Source: an uncultured Acidimicrobiia bacterium (GTDB lineage: Bacteria; Actinomycetota; Acidimicrobiia; Spongiisociales; UBA5794). From it: DNA of 64,000 nt. Positions 26,428 to 36,364 of the stretch are shown piece by piece (the first letter of the stretch is position 1; each line of letters begins with the position of its first letter). The notes below the pieces were generated by a model. That model was not told the DNA's origin. It ran no database searches and worked only from the letters and a program-made list of their open reading frames with translations. The stretch covers positions 322,260 to 386,259 of the forward strand of contig CAWBYA010000006.1 in the NCBI GenBank assembly GCA_963792895.1. Reading direction: 5' to 3'. The position numbers were made by a program, and so were the translations under genes.

Positions 26428-28446
26428 ATGGACATGAGCGAGTTGATCAAGGTCATGGGCCGCAGAGCCAGCGGGACGGGCGCTGCGGTTGCGGCCAGCG
26501 CAGTGCCGTACACCTTCCAGCGCACGTTCATGACGAGGACCAACCTCGACCAGGCGCTCGTGACCGGTCTCAGCTATTCGATCTTGCAGGCACTCGGCAC
26601 GGCCATCCAGGAAACGCTCCAGTCTGGTGCGCTCCTGACCGCGCGCAGAAAGGGCGGCACCACCAGCCCTGGAGTCGCACAGTGGAGCCGCTCGGCGATC
26701 GCCTTCGACATCGCCGCTCTCGGCGCCGGGCTCGCCGTGCAGCGGGTCCTCCAACAGCGGCAAGGCGAGACACTGAATCGAGCGACCGGGAGAACCGTCG
26801 GCCAGGCGGTCGCGTATACGGGTGCAGCTGGGGCAGTGGCTGGGGGCATCCAGGAGTTGAGCGGCTTCGACCGTGGACCGAAGTCCGTGTCGCTCTTCGC
26901 AGGCGTCGCCGGCGCCGTGGCGGCGCAGCGAGAGTGGGACCGGCGTCGCAAGGAGTCGATCCTGGAGGATCAGGGCATCGAGCAGTCTCAGATCTCCGGG
27001 GTGAAGTCGCTTGCGATGGGGACCGGCGTTGCGGTCGGGTCGTGGCTCATCGGCGCCTTCGAGGGATCGATCGCCACGAAGGTCGCACGGGCTGCGGCCT
27101 GGGTCCTGCCGGGGGGCGAAGCAGTGTGGCGGCCCCTCGGTCACGTCGCATCGCTCGGCGTGTTGGTTGCGGGGGCGAGGGCAGGAGCGCAACGGGTTTT
27201 CGGCCTGATCGAAGGACAGGAGTACGCGGTCGAGCCGGCGATCGATGTGCCCCCGTTGTTCTCAGAGGTCAGCGGAGGCCCGGGGAGCCTGATCGCTTTT
27301 GGTGGTCTCGCCAAGATGGGACGCAGGTTCGTGTGGACCGTCAGAAACTCGGACATCATCGAGCAGGTGACCGGCGACAAGGCGAAGGCGATGCCGATCC
27401 GGGTGTACGTGGGCTTGCAGAGCGCCGCCAGCGAGGAGGAGCGTGTTGCGCTCGCCGTCGCCGAGTTGGAGCGCACCGGGGCATTCGACCGGACGTGGCT
27501 GATGATCACGACGCCTACTGGGACGGGCTACGGGAACTACGCAGCAGCAGGCGCACTCGAGCTCCTCTCGCTCGGCGACTGCGCGAACGTCGTCATGCAG
27601 TACGGTGCGCGCCCCTCGCCCATCTCTCTCGATCGGGTTTCCGAGGGGCGCATGCAGGTGCGGATGCTCGTCGACGCCATCCACGCCAAACTCGCCGAGC
27701 GACCTCCCGATCGGCGGCCCAAGGTCGTGCTGTTCGGGGAGAGCCTCGGGGCCTGGTCGAGCCAGGATGCCTTCATCGACCAGGGGACCCAAGGGCTCGT
27801 GGACGCGGGAATCGACTACGCCGTCTGGATCGGGACGCCCATGGAGAGCAAGTGGAAGGAGCAGGTGTTGCGCGACGACAGGCCGGACGTCGACCGCTCG
27901 CTCATCGGCGTTTTCAACGACCTCGGCGAATGGGAGGCGCTCTCGCCGACCGACCGCGAGCGGATCCGGTATGTGATGATCACGCACTACAACGACGGGG
28001 TCGCCAAGTTCGGACCGAGCCTGGCCGTGCAGGCGCCCGATTGGCTCGGTGAGCCTGCGACCAGACCGCCGAGCGTCCCGAAATCACAACGTTGGATCCC
28101 GGTCACCACCTTCGTGCAAGCGCTGATCGACACCAAGAACGCAGCCCGGGTGGTGCCGGGCGTGTTCGACGCGGACGGCCACGACTACCGAGGTGACCTC
28201 GTGCCGTTTCTCGATGCCCTCCTCGGGTTCGGTGCGTCCGACGCTCGCAGGGCTGTCATCGTTTCCGCCCTCGAGACCGAGGAGTTTCGCCGCACCCGGT
28301 GGATCAAAGAGCGCGGGAAGGTCGGAGAGAGCATGGCCGCCGTCATCCTCGACAGGGTTCGCGAGCAGGACCCCGAGGCCTTCGCCGAAGCCGTACAGGA
28401 CGTCATGCAGGACTTCGTCGCCGAGGTCGAGCGCGAGGCGACCTGA
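26428..28446 (+). CDS. alpha/beta-hydrolase family protein (Abhydrolase_9-like) with N-terminal membrane region
   Basis: 672-aa ORF with an N-terminal multi-TM/Gly-Ala-rich region and a C-terminal hydrolase fold carrying the nucleophile elbow VVLFGESLGAWSS (GxSxG). Confidence 0.75.
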   Translation: MDMSELIKVMGRRASGTGAAVAASAVPYTFQRTFMTRTNLDQALVTGLSYSILQALGTAIQETLQSGALLTARRKGGTTSPGVAQWSRSAIAFDIAALGAGLAVQRVLQQRQGETLNRATGRTVGQAVAYTGAAGAVAGGIQELSGFDRGPKSVSLFAGVAGAVAAQREWDRRRKESILEDQGIEQSQISGVKSLAMGTGVAVGSWLIGAFEGSIATKVARAAAWVLPGGEAVWRPLGHVASLGVLVAGARAGAQRVFGLIEGQEYAVEPAIDVPPLFSEVSGGPGSLIAFGGLAKMGRRFVWTVRNSDIIEQVTGDKAKAMPIRVYVGLQSAASEEERVALAVAELERTGAFDRTWLMITTPTGTGYGNYAAAGALELLSLGDCANVVMQYGARPSPISLDRVSEGRMQVRMLVDAIHAKLAERPPDRRPKVVLFGESLGAWSSQDAFIDQGTQGLVDAGIDYAVWIGTPMESKWKEQVLRDDRPDVDRSLIGVFNDLGEWEALSPTDRERIRYVMITHYNDGVAKFGPSLAVQAPDWLGEPATRPPSVPKSQRWIPVTTFVQALIDTKNAARVVPGVFDADGHDYRGDLVPFLDALLGFGASDARRAVIVSALETEEFRRTRWIKERGKVGESMAAVILDRVREQDPEAFAEAVQDVMQDFVAEVEREAT

Positions 28447-28503
28447 ACGGGGCGTCGGCGCGCTGTGTGATGTGGTCACCCCACCGCCACCGGTGACGTG
28501 GGG

Positions 28504-30195
28504 TCAGCCACCCGGTCCCGACTGTTCTGCGTCCACCGCACGATCCACGTTGGCGTGAATGTGGTCAACGCCGATCTGCTGCGCCACTCCGTCGGCGCGC
28601 AGCACGCGCATCACTGGGGGTTTGACGCGGGCCAGCCGCAGCGAGATTCCGGCTTCGTCCCCGAGTTCCGCCAGCTCGCCGAGCTTGGCAGAGCCCTGGG
28701 AGTCGATGAAGTTGACTCCCGCACAGTCGATGATGACGCCGTTCACAGCCGTCTCGGCATCGACCACGGCATCGCGTAGGCGGTCGCCGAGGGCGTCGGC
28801 CGTCACGAAGAACAACTCGCCGTCGAGACGCACGACGAGCAAGCCCGGATAGGTCTCGCCGTCCGGGTATTCCTCGAGCGAACGAAACGCCGACGTCCCG
28901 GGTTGCCGGCCGAGGAGGGGCATGGCCGGATGCGAGCTCACGTGGACCAACCATCCGAGCGAGAGAATGATGCCGACCACGACGCCGGCCAGAACGCCGA
29001 CGCTCACCACCCCGAGGATGGCCGCAACGGCGATCCAGAAGTCGGTGCGTTTGACTCGCCACAGCCGCTGCATCTCGGGGACGTCCATCATGCCGAAGAC
29101 CACCGCGTCGATGATCAAAGCGGCGAGGACCGGCTTCGGGAGGTCGGAGAACAGGGGTGCCAGGGCAAACAGCGACAACAGCACGACCACGCCGGTGACC
29201 ATCGACGCCAGCTGCGTGCGGGCGCCGGCGGCATCGTTGAGCGAGCTCGCCGAGAGGCTCGTCGACACCGGCATACCTTGGAAGAGTCCGGCCGTGACGT
29301 TGGACATCCCTTGGGCAACGGATTCCTGGTCGATGTCGATTCGATAGCGGTGCCGGGTGGCAAAGGTCCTCGCATCACCTGCCGTCTGAGAGAATCCGAT
29401 CAAGAGCAACCCCACCGCGGCGACTGCGATCGTTGGCAGCTGATCCCGGAACAGCTCGATGGGAGGCAGCGCCGGGAGAGGGAGACCGCGGGGCACTTCG
29501 CCGACGGTGGCGATGCCGCGCTCGGCGAGGTCGAGAACGCGTGACACGACCAAGCCGCCGACGACGAGTGCGAGGGCGCCGGGCACTTTGGGGGCGACGA
29601 AGCGCAGCCCGAGGATTGCGGCGAGCGACAGGACCGCCACGATGAAGGTCGGACGGTGGAACTCGCCGATCGTGGTGAGCCAGTCGCCGAGCTTCTGCCA
29701 GCTGTTCTCGCCCGCTGCTTCGGTACCCGACATCTTTGGCAGCTCCCCGATCACCACTTCGATCGCAGCGCCGAAGAGGAACCCGGTGATGACTGCCTTG
29801 GAGAGGAACTGGGAGATCCAGCCCATTCGGAACAGGGCGAGAGCGAGAAATGCTGCGCCGGCCACGAGCGTGACCGCAGCGACCAACTGGGCCGACTCGA
29901 CTCCGGAAGCGAGTCCTGCAGTCACTACCGCACTGGCGGCAACCGCGGCAAGGGCCGAACTGGGCCCCGTGGATATCTGTCGGGACGTGCCGAACACGGC
30001 GTACATGAGCGCTCCGGCTGCAGCCGCATACAGGCCGGCCTCGAGCGGAACCTGGGCGATGCCCGCATATCCGAGGGCTTTGGGGATGACGAGCGCCGCG
30101 ACCGTGATGCCTGCGATCGCGTCGTAGCGGAGGTTGGCCCGGTCGTATCCAGGCAACCAATCGAGGAGAGGAACGAGTCGAACCAGGCGTCTCAC
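28504..30195 (-). CDS. SulP-family anion transporter with STAS domain (second paralog)
   Basis: N-terminal SulP motifs …LPGYDRANLRYDAIAGITVAALVIPKALGYAGIAQVPLEAGLYAAAAGALMYAVFGTSRQISTGP…, and a C-terminal STAS region (…VVRLDGELFFVTADAL…). Confidence 0.9.
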   Translation of the reverse strand: MRRLVRLVPLLDWLPGYDRANLRYDAIAGITVAALVIPKALGYAGIAQVPLEAGLYAAAAGALMYAVFGTSRQISTGPSSALAAVAASAVVTAGLASGVESAQLVAAVTLVAGAAFLALALFRMGWISQFLSKAVITGFLFGAAIEVVIGELPKMSGTEAAGENSWQKLGDWLTTIGEFHRPTFIVAVLSLAAILGLRFVAPKVPGALALVVGGLVVSRVLDLAERGIATVGEVPRGLPLPALPPIELFRDQLPTIAVAAVGLLLIGFSQTAGDARTFATRHRYRIDIDQESVAQGMSNVTAGLFQGMPVSTSLSASSLNDAAGARTQLASMVTGVVVLLSLFALAPLFSDLPKPVLAALIIDAVVFGMMDVPEMQRLWRVKRTDFWIAVAAILGVVSVGVLAGVVVGIILSLGWLVHVSSHPAMPLLGRQPGTSAFRSLEEYPDGETYPGLLVVRLDGELFFVTADALGDRLRDAVVDAETAVNGVIIDCAGVNFIDSQGSAKLGELAELGDEAGISLRLARVKPPVMRVLRADGVAQQIGVDHIHANVDRAVDAEQSGPGG

Positions 30196-30349
30196 AGTGC
30201 CGAAGAAGCTACTACACGGTGGACTACGGAGGCGTAGGCGAATCTCTCAGCCGATGCGGCAGGGGCGCGCTGAGCGCCGAGCCGCTCCGCACTTCACCAA
30301 TCGTGCGCAGAGTCTCGGACCCCTCGTCGAAGCGATCTAGTCTCGCCTG

Positions 30350-30748
30350 ATGCTTCTGCTCCTTGCCACCCAGGAAGGCCCGACGATCGGCGATTACGAG
30401 ATCGCACGAGCGGCGGTGGAGTGGATCGAGACCGCAGCCATCGTCGTCATCTTGCTCGCAGTAGCGGCTGCGCTCATCGGCGGGGTGGTCGAGCAGGTGA
30501 GGACCAACTCTGAAGGCGCGTTCACGACCTTCAAACGGTACATGGCGCGAGGCCTCCTCGTCGGGCTCGATTTCCTGATCGCGGCAGACGTCATCACGAC
30601 GGTGACGCTCGAGGCGACACTGGAGAACGCGGTCATCCTCGGGCTCCTCATCGTCATCCGAACCTTCCTGAGCTGGACGTTGGTGCTCGAGCTCGAGGGT
30701 CGGTGGCCCTGGCAGACGACGCCGTCGGAACACCACCCAAGCGTGTAG
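30350..30748 (+). CDS. DUF1622-family small membrane protein
   Basis: …RGLLVGLDFLIAADVITTVTLEATLENAVILGLLIVIRTFLSWTL… fits the DUF1622 pattern. Confidence 0.65.
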   Translation: MLLLLATQEGPTIGDYEIARAAVEWIETAAIVVILLAVAAALIGGVVEQVRTNSEGAFTTFKRYMARGLLVGLDFLIAADVITTVTLEATLENAVILGLLIVIRTFLSWTLVLELEGRWPWQTTPSEHHPSV

Positions 30749-31122
30749 GTCTCCGTCGCGTCTTCGCTCAGGACTCCGGATTCGCCCTTCTCGGGACGGG
30801 ATGGGCGGGGCCAGTCCGTATGGCCGGACCGTTCGGAGTGCAGACATTCCGGGGCGAGACAGAGATGCCCGTCCCGCCGATGTCGCTGCTTGGAGTGATC
30901 GGGCTTGCACGATGACGTCGGCTCCGACGGGGAGCATGTCGAACACGATCTTGGCATCTGCATCGTCCAGGCGGATGCACCACTATGACACCACAGCACC
31001 TGTCACCACCACCCCTGCCAGCGAGCCCTAGTGCTCCGCCCGGCGAGCGGTGCGGGTCGCTACCCTCCCTCGATCTCGAGTTGGCCCCCATGCCACTCAA
31101 CGACCACGGCGGGAGACCAACA

Positions 31123-31893
31123 ATGGGCGCGGCGACAGCGCAGCCGGCTGCGACCGGAACCACGGGCAATCCTGCCTTCAAGCCCTCACGGTATGAGGAC
31201 GTGACGGCTGCCGGGGAGCGGACCATGACAGTGACGGGCACGGCCGCAAAGGCGCTCCTGTTCACGCTCGTCGTGATCGCCGGCGCCGTGCTCGGATGGT
31301 CCCGGGTGACGCCTGACGCAAGCGGTGCCGTGATGTGGCCGTGGTGGACCTGGTGGGTCGGATTGGCCGCCTTCGCCTTCGCCATCCTCACTCTCGTGCG
31401 TCCGGAGTCGGCAGCTCTCACCGGCCTGATGTACTCGGCGCTTCAAGGGGCCGTGATGGGAGCCATCTCGGCCATCTACGAGATCCGCTGGGACGGCATC
31501 GTGAGCCAGGCCGTGATCCTCACGATTGCGGTGCTCGTCGCGACCCTCGTCTTGTACTTGCTCGGCATCGTGAAGGGCTCCCCGCGACTCGCTCGGGGTG
31601 TCTACGTGGCGATGGGCGGTCTGCTCGTGCTCTATCTCTTCGGGTGGATCCTGACGTGGTTCGGCGTCGATGCTGCCTTCTGGGCGCGCCCGACGTCGTT
31701 CGGGCTCTTCTTCAGCGTCGTGATCGTCGGGCTGGCCGCGCTCAACCTGGTGCTCGACTTCGACACGATCGAGCGGCTCAGCACGTCCGGCGCTCCAAAG
31801 CAGATGGAGTGGCTTGCGGCGTTTGGCGTGGTGCTCACGCTCGTGTGGCTGTATCTGGAGGTATTGCGACTCGTCGCCTTGAGTCGCCAATGA
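31123..31893 (+). CDS. Bax-inhibitor-1/YccA-like (Bax1-I-like) membrane protein
   Basis: Start MGAATAQP… is 7 nt after GGGAG. Seven hydrophobic helices and the NPAFK…RYEDV N-terminal region are typical of the actinobacterial BI-1-like family. Confidence 0.7.
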   Translation: MGAATAQPAATGTTGNPAFKPSRYEDVTAAGERTMTVTGTAAKALLFTLVVIAGAVLGWSRVTPDASGAVMWPWWTWWVGLAAFAFAILTLVRPESAALTGLMYSALQGAVMGAISAIYEIRWDGIVSQAVILTIAVLVATLVLYLLGIVKGSPRLARGVYVAMGGLLVLYLFGWILTWFGVDAAFWARPTSFGLFFSVVIVGLAALNLVLDFDTIERLSTSGAPKQMEWLAAFGVVLTLVWLYLEVLRLVALSRQ

Positions 31894-32050
31894 GGGGATT
31901 CGCGGCTCACCGGCCACGACGGTGCTCAGCACCCTCCTGGGGGGCGATGCGTGGTCGAGTCGAGTACCGTTGCCGTCGTCGCCGGCTGGTCCATGGACCC
32001 TCGGCGCCCGGACAGCGCCCGTCGCCACGAGACGAGAGGGAACCGAACCC

Positions 32051-32332
32051 ATGTGCCTGCTTGCACTTCTCCTTCTTCTTGGCCCGAGGATCACCATGCT
32101 CATCTGGTGGCCATTGGCGATGGATCGATGGAAGTCGGCATTCGACTCCTTCTGGCTTCCGTTCATCGGCTTTCTGATCGCTCCATGGACGACATTGATG
32201 TTCGTGGCGGTTGCGCCGACGGGGTCGATCGTCGGTATCGATTGGTTCTTCCTCGGCATTGCGTTCCTTGCCGATTTGGGCAGCTACTCCGGCGGGGCAT
32301 ACGGGAACCGGGATCGGCTGCGGCGCTACTGA
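32051..32332 (+). CDS. small hypothetical membrane protein (93 aa)
   Basis: Start MCLLALLLLLGPRITMLIWWPL after GAGGGAA. Three hydrophobic segments and a Gly/Tyr-rich C-terminus. Confidence 0.5.
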   Translation: MCLLALLLLLGPRITMLIWWPLAMDRWKSAFDSFWLPFIGFLIAPWTTLMFVAVAPTGSIVGIDWFFLGIAFLADLGSYSGGAYGNRDRLRRY

Positions 32333-32454
32333 GCGCAACGGGCGCGGCCCATCGAAGCCGTACTCCTCCCTCGGCGTCTCTCGGGCAGCGCTCAACTCAT
32401 GTCGATGGGCGCCGGGACACCCCAGCGGCAGTCCTCGCCACACGGGGCATCGAC

Positions 32455-33006
32455 CTATGCATCATCTTCGCGACGGATGGAGAGCGCTGCCGTCGCCTGC
32501 CGCTTCTCGAGCCACCGAGTGAGCGGTGCGGGCAACTCGGCTCGCCGCTCACCCCAGTCGTAGACGACCGCGGTTCCTGCGACGACGTCGTGCAGCGCAC
32601 GGCGCTCCCGCCCGATGAGGATGCCCACGAACCCGAGACCGAGGACGATGAAGCTCAACGGGAACGCCAGCACCCTGACGAGCGCGCGCCGAGAGGCGAG
32701 GGGGGAACCATCTCGGTTCACCACGCGCAACCCAACGACGGCTTTCGCCGGTGTCCGGCCGGCCAGCGATAGCGAGGCCGTCGAATAGATGAACGCCCAC
32801 ACCGCAAGCGCAACGACCCAGGCGAGCCCTCGGCCCTGATCGAGGTGAAGGTCGCTGCGCGTGATCACTGAGAGAGCCAGTGACAGCGCTCCGAGCCCGA
32901 GCCCGAAGCTCGTGATGATGATGAACCAATCGAGGAGGAATGCGGCAAAGCGAGTCACCGCTCCGGCATAGTGGCCCGTTACCAGCTCCCGGCTGCGGCC
33001 GGTCAC
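32455..33006 (-). CDS. RDD-family membrane protein
   Basis: YAGAVTRFAAFLLDWFIIITSF…GRTPAKAVVGLRVV…RRALHDVVAGTAVVY is the canonical RDD layout. It overlaps the upstream gene by 4 bp. Confidence 0.8.
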   Translation of the reverse strand: MTGRSRELVTGHYAGAVTRFAAFLLDWFIIITSFGLGLGALSLALSVITRSDLHLDQGRGLAWVVALAVWAFIYSTASLSLAGRTPAKAVVGLRVVNRDGSPLASRRALVRVLAFPLSFIVLGLGFVGILIGRERRALHDVVAGTAVVYDWGERRAELPAPLTRWLEKRQATAALSIRREDDA

Positions 33007-33902
33007 GTCGCAGGCTCCTCGTCGCGGTCCTCGACCGTCAGTTCGCGGGGCCCAGCGGGCATTTGGTCCGGGTGCCGACCGATGAGGCGATTGACCGTGC
33101 GGGACAGCACGACGTCGAGACCAACGCCTTGACGCCGCGCCAGGTCGAGAGCGGAGCCTGCAACTTCGCCCGTACCGCGGGTGAGCACGTTGCCCACTTC
33201 GACGCGCTTCATGACGGCATCGATGTCGATGCGCTCCATGAGGGCATCGATGTCGACCCTGGCCAAGAGCGCATCGACATCGGCTCGCGCCATGAGTGCG
33301 TCGACGTCGACCCGAGCGAGCAGCGCGTTCACATCGACACGATCCAGCAAGGCCATGACCTCCACCTGATCGAGTAGCGCGTTCACGTCGACGCGCCCGA
33401 GCAACTGGTCGATGTCCACCTGCTCCATGAGGGCGTTGACGTCGACCTTCTCTACGATCGCCGCCGGATCGATGGACTCGGCGACCACGGGGACGACGAC
33501 AGCGATGACCTGAGACAGTCGCTCCTCCGCACGACGCCCTGCAAGCCTCCAGTCGACGCCGACGTCCTCGGTCACCGCGGCCACCACACCGGATGCGACG
33601 TCGGACAAGAGTCGTCCCGCGGGGCTTGCGGCGATCAGCCGGGTCATGCGCCCCGACGCTCTGGCAAGAACCCGAACTCCTGAGACCCCGATCGATGTGA
33701 CGGCCTCGGCCGTGCGCCCCATGAAGCCCGTTGGCCCGGCGTGCCCCGGCGACACACCGCGGTCGTCTTCCACCGTGTCGTCGAGGCGCTCTGCCGGGAT
33801 CTCGATCACTCGGATCTCAGGTGAGCGGTCGGACGGACGGTCTGCGTGCACCACATCGTGAACGATCTCGACATCCACGTCTTCGGGCGCCTCGCCCTCC
33901 AT
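33003..33902 (-). CDS. hypothetical protein with eight tandem 11-residue repeats (VDxxALLxRVD-type)
   Basis: Start at MEGEAPEDVDVEIVH. The central region reads …VDVNALMEQVDIDQLLGRVDVNALLDQVEVMALLDRVDVNALLARVDVDALMARADVDALLARVDIDALMERIDIDAVMKRVEV…. It is translationally coupled (4-bp overlap) to the RDD gene. Confidence 0.65.
   Translation of the reverse strand: MEGEAPEDVDVEIVHDVVHADRPSDRSPEIRVIEIPAERLDDTVEDDRGVSPGHAGPTGFMGRTAEAVTSIGVSGVRVLARASGRMTRLIAASPAGRLLSDVASGVVAAVTEDVGVDWRLAGRRAEERLSQVIAVVVPVVAESIDPAAIVEKVDVNALMEQVDIDQLLGRVDVNALLDQVEVMALLDRVDVNALLARVDVDALMARADVDALLARVDIDALMERIDIDAVMKRVEVGNVLTRGTGEVAGSALDLARRQGVGLDVVLSRTVNRLIGRHPDQMPAGPRELTVEDRDEEPAT
33181..33480. repeat. tandem 33-bp coding repeats (about 9 units) inside the 11-mer repeat protein gene
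   Basis: Visible periodic units …catgagggcatcgatgtcgaccctggccaagagcgc… / …catgagtgcgtcgacgtcgacccgagcgagcagcgc…. Confidence 0.7.
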
Positions 33903-33997
33903 GCTGCTCCCTGTGTAACTGTGGGCCGGGCACCTCCCGAGGACACCGCTCGGGGCGGCCTGCCTCAGCACCGCTTCCAGCGAGAGCCTACCGCCGC

Positions 33998-34137
33998 GCT
34001 GCACGCGGCGTCACGACGTGAGGCCGCTGCGGTCGTCGAGGATCTTGGTGAGGACGGCGCCGCCCGAGACGATCTGTGCGTCGTAGTAGACCCACAACAG
34101 GAAAGCCACGGCGCTCCCTGCAGCCTCGAGGCCGATG
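33998..34137. repeat. direct repeat copy A (about 140 bp, about 90% identical to 36224..36364); relic of a yihY-like 3' end
   Basis: cgcTgcacgcggcgtcacgacgtgaggccgctgcggtcgtcgaggatcttggtgaggacggcgccgcccgagacgatctgtgcgtcgtagtagacccacaacaggaaagccacggcgctccctgcagcc… On the minus strand it encodes …AAGSAVAFLLWVYYDAQIVSGGAVLTKILDDRSGLTS*, i.e. the last 37 aa of a YihY-like protein with no upstream gene body. Confidence 0.7.
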
Positions 34138-34658
34138 TCTTCGCAACCCGAGCGACGTACCGGCATGGCGGGACCGGGTCGAGCGGGCCACGTTGGACCT
34201 GTCGTGGTCCATACCGCAAGGTGTTCGACGTGATGCTGCCCGACGCCGTTCAGGTCGCCGACCCGTTCCCGAAGAGGTCATGTCACTGGGTCGCACCATC
34301 AGCCGCTGGCGAGACCACACCGACATGACGGAGGTCATCAATCCGGGTCTCCGTGTCGATCACGCGGCCGCCAGCGATCACAACATCAAAGATCATGCCC
34401 TCTCCTCGAGGCCGACGTGCCCAGTCGAATGCCCTCCACGGGGGCTTCTCCTCGCATCGCAAGGTAGGCGTCGATCATATTCGCAATCCATGTCGCGTTG
34501 GTCCTGTCGGTCGGGCCTCTGACTCCCAGTCTCGAAGAGAGCTCGGGCCGGCACCGCCCACCGACGACTCGGACCTGCCCCCACCGCGTCCGAGCGCCAC
34601 ACGTTGCGGGATGGCTATCGTCACGAATGGCCGCCACTGCCGAGAGGGAGGCGCAGAC

Positions 34659-36050
34659 GTGAGCAGCACGATGGCCACCATCGACGGGTCCGACCCGGGA
34701 GCCGTGGGTCGTTCACTTCGGAAGGATGTGCCCCGTTCGAGCCATGCCGATTGGGCACCAGAGGCGGATCGTCCGGACCCGGTGAGCGTCATAGAGGCCC
34801 AGAATGCCGACCGGGTACCGTGGCTCGTTCCACTGCGAAGGGGTCGGATGTCCGCGTCACCTTTCACGTTCTATCGCGGCTCAGCCGCGATCATGGCATC
34901 GGACCTTTCGGCGACTCCGGTCTCGGGATTGACCGTGCAGTTGTGCGGTGACGCCCACTTGTCGAACTTCGGGGTGTATGGGTCGCCGGAGCGGAACCTC
35001 GTGTTCGATTTGAACGACTTCGATGAGACGCTTCCCGGTCCGTTCGAATGGGACGTGAAGCGTCTGGCGGCCAGCTTCGCCATTGCTGCGCAGTATCGCG
35101 GATTCGATCCGGCCCTTCAGCGGTCGTTGGCGGAAGATGTCACCCGAGCATATCGGGTTTCGATGCAGGGGTTTTCACGCAAAGGGTGGCTCGACACGTG
35201 GTACGACCATGTGGCGGAGCAGGACCTGGTCGAATGGGTGAGACGGCGCGGCGGTTCGAAGACCCAACTGAAGAAGATCCGGAGAGCGGCCGCCAAAGCG
35301 CGGTCACGTGATGCGCTCCGCGCGGCGGTGAAGTTGGTCGAGAAGACGGATGCCGGCTACCACTTCAAGAGCACCCCACCGGTGTTGGTCCCGATCCGCG
35401 AGTTGCCCGAGGCACAGCGACTGGACGATGTCGAGGCGGTGGTCGAGGGGGCCTTTCGCTCCTATCGGACCAGCCTGAACGACCGTGCCCGCTTTCTCGT
35501 GGATCGCTACCGCTTGGTCGATGTGGCGCTGAAAGTGGTGGGTGTGGGCAGCGTCGGTACGCGGTGCTGGGTGGCCCTTCTCGTGGGACGCGGGCCGACC
35601 GACGTTCTGCTTCTCCAGGTCAAAGAGGCCACCGCCTCGGTCCTCGAAGACCACCTCCCTGGCAGCCGTTTCCAGCTCCACGGTAGGCGAGTGGTCGAAG
35701 GACAGCGCCTCATGCAGGCCGCCAGCGACATCTTCCTGGGGTGGAGTGGTCGGGTGGTCGAACGGCATTACTACTGGCGTCAGCTCAAGGACTGGAAGGG
35801 TTCGGTCGACCTCGAGATCGCCAAACCGAAGGGTTTCGGCCACTACGCCAGCTTGTGTGGCTACACACTGGCGCGAGCACATGCCGTTTCCGGTGATCCG
35901 GCCGCCATCGCCGGCTATCTCGGATCCGGCGATGTATTCGACACTGCGATCGGTGAGTTCTCGATGCGGTACGCAGACCAGAATGTGTCCGACTATCGGG
36001 CCTTCATGCAGGCGATCGCCGACGGGCTTGCGAGCGAAACCGATCCCTGA
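34659..36050 (+). CDS. DUF2252-family protein
   Basis: GTG start 7 nt after GGGAGG; alternatively ATG at 34671. About 460 aa with …FTFYRGSAAIMASDL…VQLCGDAHLSNFGVYGSPERNLVFDLNDFDETLPGPFEWDVKRLAASF…, characteristic of DUF2252. Confidence 0.75.
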   Translation: MSSTMATIDGSDPGAVGRSLRKDVPRSSHADWAPEADRPDPVSVIEAQNADRVPWLVPLRRGRMSASPFTFYRGSAAIMASDLSATPVSGLTVQLCGDAHLSNFGVYGSPERNLVFDLNDFDETLPGPFEWDVKRLAASFAIAAQYRGFDPALQRSLAEDVTRAYRVSMQGFSRKGWLDTWYDHVAEQDLVEWVRRRGGSKTQLKKIRRAAAKARSRDALRAAVKLVEKTDAGYHFKSTPPVLVPIRELPEAQRLDDVEAVVEGAFRSYRTSLNDRARFLVDRYRLVDVALKVVGVGSVGTRCWVALLVGRGPTDVLLLQVKEATASVLEDHLPGSRFQLHGRRVVEGQRLMQAASDIFLGWSGRVVERHYYWRQLKDWKGSVDLEIAKPKGFGHYASLCGYTLARAHAVSGDPAAIAGYLGSGDVFDTAIGEFSMRYADQNVSDYRAFMQAIADGLASETDP

Positions 36051-36223
36051 GCCGCCGGTGGAGCGACCGACGGCCCTTTCGAGGCGCCGTTGCCGTGTCG
36101 TCTGGACGTGGTGCTGTGGAAACGAGGAGCTCGCTCGAACACCTACCCGGAGCCGATCGAGGAACTCTCCGATCGGCTCGTCCGTGCCCAGCGTCCGATC
36201 GAGGTTCTCTGTGCGGTCGTCGC

Positions 36224-36364
36224 GCCGCACGCGGCGTCACGACGTGAGGCCGCTGCGGTCGTCGAGGATCTTGGTGAGGACGGCGCCGCCCAAGACGATC
36301 TGTGCCTCGTAGTAGATCCACAGCAGGAAAGCCACGACGCTCCCTGCAGCCCCCGAGACGGACG
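36224..36364. repeat. direct repeat copy B, the authentic 3' end of the yihY-like gene plus about 15 bp of 3' flank
   Basis: Same sequence as copy A with about 10 substitutions. It encodes the C-terminus …AAGSVVAFLLWIYYEAQIVLGGAVLTKILDDRSGLTS* of the intact gene. Confidence 0.7.

Noticed and set aside
30748-31122. ORFs 30768..31421 (minus) and 30801..31031 (+) in the 375-bp gap before the BI-1-like gene
   Set aside because: Low-complexity, Arg-rich translations without coding GC3 bias; treated as intergenic.
34131-34658. ORF 34076..34522 (+) between repeat copy A and the DUF2252 gene
   Set aside because: Arg/Ser-rich nonsense; the region is better explained as a degraded remnant adjoining the orphan yihY-like 3' end.
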